A stretch of DNA of 62,856 bases, counting the filler. It is 6 parts of 6 records of this genome, joined end to end, with 100 filler letters (N's around TTAATTAATTAA, not from the genome) between each part and the next. Parts side by side here need not be neighbours in the genome. Positions count along the whole stretch, not along the records: positions 25,625 to 33,613 come from SRR20825010_7010; positions 33,714 to 62,856 come from SRR20825010_7023; 4 more parts are not named here. One strand, 5' to 3'. Positions 29,158 through 37,135 of this stretch are shown here, one piece after another; the first letter of the stretch is position 1; each line of letters begins with the position of its first letter. A program made the position numbers and the translations under genes. The notes beneath the pieces were generated by a model, which saw only the letters and a program-made list of their open reading frames with translations, was not told the origin of the DNA and made no database searches.

Positions 29158-30065
29158 CCGGCCAGGAGAGCCGCGGTGACGATCCAGCCGAAATACCTGT
29201 TGGATTTGAATTTCGCGAGGCAGTCCTTGGGATCGTCGATATCGATGCGGAGAATCTGCCAGAGCAATTGGCCCCCGGCGGCGGCAAGACCGAGATAGAA
29301 CGGCCAGCCAAGCCCGATCAGCCAGCCGCTCACAGCGATCCCGGCCAATGTCAGCGGATAGACGGCCCAGAGAAACGGCACGGTCCGCGCGCCGAGGGCG
29401 AGGGCGGAGGATTTTACACCGATCAGAATGTCGTCTTCCTTGTCCTGATGGGCATAGATCGTGTCGTATCCGAGGGTCCAGACGATGCCGGCGCAATAGA
29501 GCACGCTGTTGGCGATGCCGACGTTGCCGGTTACCGCCGCCCAGCCCATCAGCGCTCCCCAGTTGAAGGTCAGGCCCAGCACGAATTGCGGCCAGTAGGT
29601 GATGCGCTTGAACAGCGGATAGGTAACAACGAGCACAAGCACCAGAACGCCGAGTATCCAGCTGGTTTGATTCAGTTGCAGCAGGATCAGCAGCCCGGCG
29701 CTGAGTTGCAGGGTAAGGAAGACAAGGGCCTGACGGACGGTAAGATCGCCGTTTGCGATCGGCCGTTCCACAGTGCGTGCGACCTGGCTGTCGAAATCCC
29801 GATCCCAGAGATCATTGATGGTGCAGCCGGCCCCCCGCATGATCACGGCGCCGACACTGAACAGGATATAGAGCCAGAACAGATCGGGCACCGGCAGGGC
29901 CTTGTCTGTTGCCTGCCAGCCGAGGGCAAGACCCCACCAGCAGGGCAGTAACAGCAGCCAGGTGCCAATGGGGCGATCCAGCCGCATCAGCCTCGCATAG
30001 GGCTTTGCGCTCGTGGGTAGAAGCCGGTCCACCCAGTCGTTGCGTGCAATATCGCTTGCGGTCAT
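29154..30065 (-). CDS. ubiA: 4-hydroxybenzoate polyprenyltransferase
   Basis: RLDRPIG, GCTINDLWDRDFD, YDTIYAHQDKEDD. Confidence 0.96.
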   Translation of the reverse strand: MTASDIARNDWVDRLLPTSAKPYARLMRLDRPIGTWLLLLPCWWGLALGWQATDKALPVPDLFWLYILFSVGAVIMRGAGCTINDLWDRDFDSQVARTVERPIANGDLTVRQALVFLTLQLSAGLLILLQLNQTSWILGVLVLVLVVTYPLFKRITYWPQFVLGLTFNWGALMGWAAVTGNVGIANSVLYCAGIVWTLGYDTIYAHQDKEDDILIGVKSSALALGARTVPFLWAVYPLTLAGIAVSGWLIGLGWPFYLGLAAAGGQLLWQILRIDIDDPKDCLAKFKSNRYFGWIVTAALLAG

Positions 30066-30162
30066 GGTGGCTTCTGCATAAACCGGGCGACACTCCGGAG
30101 CAAGGGCCGGGGTGCCTGGACCGGACGGCAGCGGCAGAGTGCCGCGTAAAATACGAGGCCCG

Positions 30163-30933
30163 ATGAGCGAGAAGATCGAAACCCGTCTCTTTGTGACTGC
30201 AGACCTTGCCGCCGACGGTACGGTGGGGCTCGAGACCGGGCAGACGCATTATCTGAGACATGTCCTGCGCCTGGCGCCTGGCGCCCATGTCGCGCTGTTC
30301 AACGGTCGTGATGGCGAGTGGAGCGCGCGAATCGACGGTATCGGCAAGGGCTGGACTTCGTTGTCGCTGGTCGAACAGCGCCGCCCGCAGCGTGCCGAGC
30401 CGGATGTCTGGCTGGTTTTCGCGCCGATCAAACGGGCGCGGATAGATTTTACCGCCCAGAAGGCGACCGAACTTGGCGCCTCCGTGCTGTGGCCGGTTAT
30501 CACCAAACATACGCAGGTCGACCGGGTGAATACCGACCGGCTGCTGGCCAACGCGATGGAGGCCGCCGAGCAGACTGCACGGCTCAGTGTCCCGGAGATC
30601 CGCGATCCTCTGCGCTTCGACGCGCTGCTCGATGCATGGCCGCAGGACCGGCCGCTGATCGTCTGCGACGAGACCGGGGCCGGAACCCCCGTCGCCACTG
30701 TGTTTTCAAACCCGCCTTTCAAGGGGGGAACCCCCTGTGGATTGCTGATAGGTCCAGAAGGGGGTTTTGCCGATCATGAACTTGACCGGCTCCGGCAAAG
30801 TTCCTTTGTTACATCGGTAAGTCTAGGACCGCGGTTGCTGCGTTCCGACACGGCGGCGCTTGCAGCGCTCGCCTGTTGGCAGGCGGTGGCGGGGGATTGG
30901 ACCATGGAACGTCCTGACGGACTTGATCTCTAA
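30163..30933 (+). CDS. rsmE: 16S rRNA m3U1498 methyltransferase
   Basis: HYLRHVLRL, QKATELG, EAAEQ, IGPEGGF, LGPRLLRSDTA. Confidence 0.96.
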   Translation: MSEKIETRLFVTADLAADGTVGLETGQTHYLRHVLRLAPGAHVALFNGRDGEWSARIDGIGKGWTSLSLVEQRRPQRAEPDVWLVFAPIKRARIDFTAQKATELGASVLWPVITKHTQVDRVNTDRLLANAMEAAEQTARLSVPEIRDPLRFDALLDAWPQDRPLIVCDETGAGTPVATVFSNPPFKGGTPCGLLIGPEGGFADHELDRLRQSSFVTSVSLGPRLLRSDTAALAALACWQAVAGDWTMERPDGLDL

Positions 30934-30987
30934 ACCCGAACTCGTGCCGAGCGGCACACAGAGTCGTTTGATCCCACCGGAGGAAAC

Positions 30988-32355
30988 ATGTCCCGTCCCC
31001 CAGGCTCCCAAGGCGAGCCGATCGCCAGCAAGGCGCAGCTCGTCGAGGATCTGGAATCCGGCTGCACGCCGCGCGCTGACTGGCGCATCGGCACGGAGCA
31101 CGAGAAATTCCCGTTCCGCCTCAGCGATCACAAGCGTTTGCCCTATTTCGGCAAGGACGGCATTGGCGCCATCCTGAACGGGCTGGTCGACAAGTTCGGC
31201 TGGGAGCCCATTTACGAAGGCGAGAATGTCGTCGCGCTGACGCAGGGCGGCTGTGCCATCACGCTGGAGCCGGGCGGGCAGTTCGAGCTGTCCGGTGCAC
31301 CGCTGGAGACACTGCATCAGACCTGTGACGAGGTGCATACGCATCTGGCGCAAATCAAGGAGGTCAATGCCGAGCTTGGCGTCGGCATGCTGGGTGCCGG
31401 GTTCGACCCGACATCGACGCGCGCCGATATCGAGTTCATGCCGAAGGGCCGCTACGTGGTGATGAGCGCTCACATGCAAAAGGTCGGCACTCTGGGCCTC
31501 GACATGATGAAGCGGACCTGTACCGTGCAGGGAAACTATGATTTCGAGAGCGAAGCGGACATGGTGCAGAAATTCCGCATCAGCGTCGCGCTGCAACCGG
31601 TCGCCACGGCCCTGTTCGCCAATTCACCCTTCACCGAGGGCAAGCCGAATGGCTTCAAGAGCTACCGCTCCCATGTCTGGACCGACACGGACCCGGAGCG
31701 CTGCGGCATGCTGCCCTTCGTCTTCGAGGACGGGTTCGGGTTCGAGCGCTATGTCGACTACATGCTCGATGTGCCGATGTATTTCCTCTACCGGGATGGC
31801 GATTATCAGAACGTCGCCGGCAAGAGCTTCCGTGATTTCATGGCGGGCAAGCTTGAGGGATATGAAGGCCAGAATGCCTTCATGGGCGACTGGACCGATC
31901 ACATGACGACCAGTTTCCCGGAAGTCCGGCTGAAGAAATATATCGAGATGCGCGGTGCCGATACCGGCCCCTGGCGCAACATCTGCGCCTTGCCGGCGCT
32001 CTGGACCGGTATCCTTTATGACAGCGATTCCCAGCAGGCGGCGGCCGATATGATCGCCGACTGGACCGTGGAGGAAATGTCGGCGTTGCGGGACGCGGTG
32101 CCGAAGCATGGCTTGCAAACCCCGTTCCGGGACGGCACCGTGCAGGATCTCGCCAAGCGGATGATCGAGATTTCCAGGCATGGTCTGAAACGCCGGGCCT
32201 ATACAGATGCGGCGGGCAATGACGAGAGCGGGTTCCTGAACTGGCTGCAGGATGTCGCCGAATCAGGGAAGACCTCCGCGGACCGCCTGCTCGACCTCTA
32301 TCACGGTGACTGGAACGGCTCGGTCGATCCGATCTTCGAATTCCAGCGCTACTAG
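30988..32355 (+). CDS. gshA: Glutamate--cysteine ligase (alphaproteobacterial/plant type)
   Basis: IGTEHEKF, LEPGGQFELSG, MPKGRY, FANSPF, FPEVRLKKYIEMRGAD. Confidence 0.95.
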   Translation: MSRPPGSQGEPIASKAQLVEDLESGCTPRADWRIGTEHEKFPFRLSDHKRLPYFGKDGIGAILNGLVDKFGWEPIYEGENVVALTQGGCAITLEPGGQFELSGAPLETLHQTCDEVHTHLAQIKEVNAELGVGMLGAGFDPTSTRADIEFMPKGRYVVMSAHMQKVGTLGLDMMKRTCTVQGNYDFESEADMVQKFRISVALQPVATALFANSPFTEGKPNGFKSYRSHVWTDTDPERCGMLPFVFEDGFGFERYVDYMLDVPMYFLYRDGDYQNVAGKSFRDFMAGKLEGYEGQNAFMGDWTDHMTTSFPEVRLKKYIEMRGADTGPWRNICALPALWTGILYDSDSQQAAADMIADWTVEEMSALRDAVPKHGLQTPFRDGTVQDLAKRMIEISRHGLKRRAYTDAAGNDESGFLNWLQDVAESGKTSADRLLDLYHGDWNGSVDPIFEFQRY

Positions 32356-32415
32356 TCTCGACAGGTCCGGAAGGCGCGGCCTGCATGTGCGGGCCGCGGC
32401 CCTGGAAGGAATGTC

Positions 32416-33351
32416 ATGACCGGCCTGACGGATGACAGCGGAGCGATCCGGCGGGGTATTATCCTGATGATCGCGGGGATCTTCGTGGTTTCCGTGATGG
32501 ATGCCCTGATCAAATGGCTCACGGCGTCCTATCCGAGCATCCAGATCGTGATGCTGCGCTCGGTCTTCGGACTGATACCGTTGTTTGTGATCGTCTGTCT
32601 GCAAGGCGGGCTCGCCGTCCTGCGCACGGCGCGGCCAGGGGCGCAATTGCTGCGTTCGGCTTTCGGCGCTGGTGCCATGGTCGGGTTTTTCTATGCGCTG
32701 TCCGTTCTCGGTCTGGCCGAGACGGTGACCCTTGCATTCTCTTCACCGCTCTTCGTCACGCTTCTTTCCGTGCCCGTTCTCGGAGAGCGTGTGGGCATCA
32801 GACGGCTGGCGGCTGTTATCGTCGGCTTCATCGGCGTCTTGATCGTGGTCAGACCGGGCGCGGAGATCTTCAAGCTTGATTCCCTGATCCCGATTGCGGC
32901 CTCGTTCTGCTTCGCCATGACCATGCTGCTTGCCCGCCGGTTGTCCAAGACGGAGACCAGCGTGTCGATGACGTTCTATACGACCCTCGCCGGTCTCGTG
33001 GTCGGGGCGTCGGGCGTGCTTTGGGCTTCCGGAACGCCGTCCGGCTGGATGCCCCCTCTGCCTGCCGACTGGGCTTTGTTCCTGCTGCTGGGGTTGCTTG
33101 GCGGTGTCGGGCAATATCTCGTGACGTCTTCATTCCGGCACGCGGAAGCGGTTGTCGTCGCACCATTCGAATACACCGCGCTGATCTGGGCCACGCTGTT
33201 CGGGCTCGCGATCTGGGGCGAGGTCCCGGACGGTGCAACACTGCTTGGCGGCGCCATTGTCATCGGCGCGGGACTCTATATTGGCTACCGGGAAACCCGT
33301 CTCGGCAAAAAGACAGCAGGCCCCGGCGTGATGCCTGAGCCCTCCCCGTGA
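32416..33351 (+). CDS. DMT/EamA family transporter
   Basis: About 10 TM segments; LGERVGIRR, APFEYTALIWA, WGEVPD. Confidence 0.92.
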   Translation: MTGLTDDSGAIRRGIILMIAGIFVVSVMDALIKWLTASYPSIQIVMLRSVFGLIPLFVIVCLQGGLAVLRTARPGAQLLRSAFGAGAMVGFFYALSVLGLAETVTLAFSSPLFVTLLSVPVLGERVGIRRLAAVIVGFIGVLIVVRPGAEIFKLDSLIPIAASFCFAMTMLLARRLSKTETSVSMTFYTTLAGLVVGASGVLWASGTPSGWMPPLPADWALFLLLGLLGGVGQYLVTSSFRHAEAVVVAPFEYTALIWATLFGLAIWGEVPDGATLLGGAIVIGAGLYIGYRETRLGKKTAGPGVMPEPSP

Positions 33352-33392
33352 AGTTTTAACAGGCTGCCTGAACGGAAAGGCTTTCTGAAGAC

Positions 33393-33425
33393 AAAAAACC
33401 GCGGCCGATGTTCTGGCCGCGGTTT
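33393..33425. terminator. Rho-independent (bidirectional) terminator
   Basis: AAACCGCGGCC-N8-GGCCGCGGTTT with an A6 run, between convergent genes. Confidence 0.8.
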
Positions 33426-33455
33426 GTATAACTCAGGTGTTGGCGGTGATTTCTC

Positions 33456-33613
33456 CTAGAGAACCCAGCCTGTCGCTTCCATGAGGGTCGTCTTGGTGAC
33501 GCCGACGAGGGTGACGGTGCCGCCATCGGATAAGGTAAGGGTCGTGGTGCCTGCTGTTTCTGTCCCCGACGTAACCAAAAGACCCGAGGCGAAGGAGAGG
33601 CTGTCTGTTCCGG
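33456..33613 (-). CDS. C-terminus of a probable RTX/type I-secreted protein (5' truncated; not in ORF track)
   Basis: Manual translation GTDSLSFASGLLVTSGTETAGTTTLTLSDGGTVTLVGVTKTTLMEATGWVL*, resembling T1SS C-terminal signal regions. Confidence 0.55.
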
Positions 33614-33713
33614 NNNNNNNNNNNNNNNNNNNNNNNNNNNNNNNNNNNNNNNNNNNNTTAATTAATTAANNNNNNNNNNNNNNNNNNNNNNNNNNNNNNN
33701 NNNNNNNNNNNNN
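33614..33713. other. Artificial contig linker
   Basis: N44-TTAATTAATTAA-N44. Confidence 0.99.
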
Positions 33714-33714
33714 C

Positions 33715-34761
33715 GACGAAGCCGACCGCATGCTCGATATGGGCTTTATTCCCGATGTCGAGCGGATCGTCGGACTTCTGCCGCGTATCCGGCAGACCCT
33801 TTTCTTCTCCGCCACGCTTTCCAAGGTGATCCGCAAGCTGGCCGATGCTTTCCTGATCAACCCGCGCGAAATCACTGTTGCCGCCGCATCTTCTGCTGCC
33901 GAGACGGTCAGTCAGTGGCGCGTCGATGTGAATGCGAAAGACAAGCGCGATGCGCTGCGCAATCTGATCGAGAGCGAGAAGCCGGCCAACGCCATCATCT
34001 TCTGTAACCGCAAACGCGATGTCGGCATTGTGCACCGGTCCCTGAAAAAGTCCGGCTACAACGCCGTTGAGCTGCATGGAGACATGTCCCAGCCGGATCG
34101 CATGAAGACGCTTCAGCGCTTCAAGGATGGCGATGCGGATCTGCTTTGTGCAAGCGACGTCGCCGCACGCGGACTGGATATCGCCGGCCTCAGCCACGTG
34201 TTCAATTTCGATGTCCCGACGAATGCGGAAGATTATGTGCATCGGATCGGCCGCACGGGACGCGCGGGCAAAGAAGGCCGCGCCTTTACGCTGGTCTCTC
34301 CTGAAGACGGTAAATATTTCCAGGCCATCATCAAATTGATTGGCAAGGAAATCCCGGTCTTCAAGAATATCGGCAAACCGGCCGGTGAACAAACGGCGGG
34401 TGAGCGGGACGGCACTGCGGACTCTCAAGCTCAGCCTGAAGCGAAGGCGGAATCGGCCAAGACCGAAAGCACCTCGCCCGCGAAAGAGAAAGAGGGCGCA
34501 AGCACCGCAGAGAGCGGTGACGAGAAGCGCGGCGGCCGCTCAGCGGCTGGCAACCGCAAGAAGCCCCGTACACGCGGCGGACGGGATCGGGAACGTGCGT
34601 ATCCCGGCGAGCGGACACCGGGCCCGGGCAACGTCACGGAATTTCCGGCCCAGGAAACGCGCGGCCGCAAACCGCGGCGTGACCGGGACGATGAATCCGG
34701 CAATAACGAAAAGGTGGTTGGCCTCGGCGACCACGTCCCTGCTTTCCTGCTGCGCAAGTAG
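33715..34761 (+). CDS. DEAD-box RNA helicase (5' truncated)
   Basis: DEADRMLDMGF, FSAT, LHGDMSQ, ARGLD, HRIGRTGRAG. Confidence 0.97.
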   Translation, partial: DEADRMLDMGFIPDVERIVGLLPRIRQTLFFSATLSKVIRKLADAFLINPREITVAAASSAAETVSQWRVDVNAKDKRDALRNLIESEKPANAIIFCNRKRDVGIVHRSLKKSGYNAVELHGDMSQPDRMKTLQRFKDGDADLLCASDVAARGLDIAGLSHVFNFDVPTNAEDYVHRIGRTGRAGKEGRAFTLVSPEDGKYFQAIIKLIGKEIPVFKNIGKPAGEQTAGERDGTADSQAQPEAKAESAKTESTSPAKEKEGASTAESGDEKRGGRSAAGNRKKPRTRGGRDRERAYPGERTPGPGNVTEFPAQETRGRKPRRDRDDESGNNEKVVGLGDHVPAFLLRK

Positions 34762-34781
34762 GAAAGACAGCCACCCCAAGC

Positions 34782-34808
34782 GGCGCCGCTTGATTTCGGC
34801 GCCCTTTT
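34782..34808 (+). terminator. Putative rho-independent terminator
   Basis: GGCGCCG-N8-CGGCGCC followed by CTTTT. Confidence 0.5.
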
Positions 34809-34853
34809 CGGAAACCATCGGAAGCCTTCAGCTTCCAGAGATCAGGTTCCCCG

Positions 34854-35096
34854 ATGCAGACTATTTTTGTTCAGGTTAAATGCGAACTCAGCGAAGCCTA
34901 CAATGTGGCCGATGCTGCAATTATGGATTTCGAGGAAGTCTCGGAAGTGCATTCGACTTCCGGACAATATGACCTGATGATGAAATGCTACCTGCCTGAC
35001 GATACGGATATCGGCCGGTTTGTGACCGAAAAAATCCATAGCATCAAAGGCGTGAAGGACACCTTCACGATCATTACCTTCAAAGCATTCGGATAA
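34854..35096 (+). CDS. Stand-alone Lrp/AsnC ligand-binding domain protein
   Basis: 80 aa; EVHSTSGQYDL, IKGVKDTFT; no HTH. Confidence 0.85.
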   Translation: MQTIFVQVKCELSEAYNVADAAIMDFEEVSEVHSTSGQYDLMMKCYLPDDTDIGRFVTEKIHSIKGVKDTFTIITFKAFG

Positions 35097-35102
35097 GGTC
35101 TA

Positions 35103-36338
35103 TCAGGCGTCCCCGGAGGCCTCTGGGGACACCTCCTCTGGATCATCAGCGGGAGGAGATGCCCTGAATATGGCTCCGTCCGTTGCAGCGGTCTCAAACG
35201 ACACCCCATCAAGCCGCGCACCGTCGAAATTCGTGTTCGTGCAAATCGTCCTGTCGAAATTTGCGCCTGTCAGGGTTGCCGGGAAGCGGACCACGCGGCG
35301 GTCACCACGGGTGCTTAGAATATTTACGTAACCGAGATCCGCATCCGCCAGATTGGTGGCGGTCAGGTCTGCATTCATCAGGATCGCTCCCCGCATGTCG
35401 GAGCCTCTGAAATTAGCCCCCGCCAGGTTCGTTCCCGTGAAATCTGTCATGGTCAGGAATGACTTCCCCAGATTGCACTTTTCAAGATTGGCGCCCGTGA
35501 ACTTGGCAACGCTCAGATCGGCATATTGAAAATCAATCCCGGCCAGGTTAGCCCCCGAAAAATCGGCCTGCTCACCATCCTTGCCGTCGGTCGCCAGCCA
35601 TTTCATGTGGCGCTGGACCTTGAGTTTGAGCTCATCCTTAAGCTCCCTGATCCCCAGGAACACACGGCAATTGTCGAGGCGCGCGCCTTTCATATCGCAG
35701 ACAGACACGTCGACATTACGCAGCACCGCGCCTTCCAGATCAGCTCCGCGCAGGCTCGCACCCTTGAGGTTTGTCCCCGCCATCACCGCATTCTTCATGC
35801 GGGCCAGCTCCAGGTTAGCCCCTTCAAGATCGGCACCGGACAGATTAACCGCGACGAGTTCAGCCTCGGAAAGGTTACTGTTGCGAAGTGATGCCCCCTG
35901 AAGATTGCTGTTGCTCATGTTAGCGCGTGAGAAGTTCGATTTATCCAGAACGGCGTCCGACATATCGACGCTCTGCGTGCGCTTCATGCCGGCATCCCGG
36001 ATATCTCCCGGGCGCATGTCGGCTTCGCGGAAATCCGCACCGCCAAGGCGCGCACCGGTAAACTTGGTCCCCCGGAGGTCCGCCCGGAAGAAATTACACC
36101 CCGCGAGATTTGCCCGGCGCAAGACTGCGCCGAACATGTCAGAGCCGGAAAAATCACCACGGACAAAAGCCGCACCGGTCATGTCCGCGCCAGACAGGAG
36201 CGCATTATGTAACTTGGCATTGGGCGCGCTTAGCCCCTTGAGGCTTGCGTTTCTTAAATCAGCGCGCTTACACCCCGGCACGCCATCAAGATATCCTCGA
36301 TGGAGCACGATGATTTCTTTAAGTGTCGCTTCATCCAT
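35103..36338 (-). CDS. Pentapeptide repeat protein (two modules)
   Basis: Extensive A(D/N)LxX repeats; two H..(W/Y)L..G..G..AD(L/F) capping motifs. Confidence 0.93.
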   Translation of the reverse strand: MDEATLKEIIVLHRGYLDGVPGCKRADLRNASLKGLSAPNAKLHNALLSGADMTGAAFVRGDFSGSDMFGAVLRRANLAGCNFFRADLRGTKFTGARLGGADFREADMRPGDIRDAGMKRTQSVDMSDAVLDKSNFSRANMSNSNLQGASLRNSNLSEAELVAVNLSGADLEGANLELARMKNAVMAGTNLKGASLRGADLEGAVLRNVDVSVCDMKGARLDNCRVFLGIRELKDELKLKVQRHMKWLATDGKDGEQADFSGANLAGIDFQYADLSVAKFTGANLEKCNLGKSFLTMTDFTGTNLAGANFRGSDMRGAILMNADLTATNLADADLGYVNILSTRGDRRVVRFPATLTGANFDRTICTNTNFDGARLDGVSFETAATDGAIFRASPPADDPEEVSPEASGDA

Positions 36339-36461
36339 CGAGAAAAATGCCCGCCCCAGGCCCGCAACAACTAACCAAAGGTTATTGAGCGGTTCTTTTC
36401 TTACCTTTTCAAGTACTAAAAGTTACAACAGTACTCGAATTTACATTACATTGTATTGATT

Positions 36462-37124
36462 TCATGGTGATTTTAGCAGGGAAATGGTTAACGCATTGCT
36501 AACCGCCGCTTGAGTCGGATCGATAACCGGAACGCCAAGATCGCCTTCCAGCGTCGCGCGGTAACGCGCCATACCGGCACAACCCAGCACGATTGCTTGA
36601 GCTCCGTCGATATCCCGCAATTGCTTACCCGTTTCAAGAAGCTGTCCGTAGGTAACGCTTTCATTAGAAAGCTCGACCACTCCCAGGCCAAGAGGACGTT
36701 CGCCAGCGAGCCGTGACTCGAAACCAAGCGTCCGGATATATCTCATATGCCTCGGGATGGATTTCTCGAGAATCGCGACAACGCCGAACCGCTCCACCGT
36801 GCTCATAGCGCACAGCACTCCCGACTCGGCAATGCCATAGACCGGCTTGTCCGTCGCTTCCCGGCAGGCATGAATTCCGGGATCGGAGTAGCAGGCGATA
36901 ACGAAGGCCGAAGCACTGTTCGCACGCCGGGCGACGATCTCCCGTGTCTGGACTGCGGCGAGATCAACATCCGCCTGGCTTTCGATACCTGGCGGTCCGT
37001 CCGCGTTGGTCAGGCATTCGATCTCCGGCCCGCCCGGCAGGCGCAGCGGGTCGAGCGCCGCGCTCATCGCCTCAGTAACGGCCTCGGTGCTGTTCGGATT
37101 GATGACGACAATTGGCTTCGTCAC
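36462..37124 (-). CDS. Asp/Glu/hydantoin racemase family protein
   Basis: VINPNST, IACYSDPG, VLGCAGM, PVIDP. Confidence 0.92.
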   Translation of the reverse strand: MTKPIVVINPNSTEAVTEAMSAALDPLRLPGGPEIECLTNADGPPGIESQADVDLAAVQTREIVARRANSASAFVIACYSDPGIHACREATDKPVYGIAESGVLCAMSTVERFGVVAILEKSIPRHMRYIRTLGFESRLAGERPLGLGVVELSNESVTYGQLLETGKQLRDIDGAQAIVLGCAGMARYRATLEGDLGVPVIDPTQAAVSNALTISLLKSP

Positions 37125-37135
37125 ATTCTTTCCCC

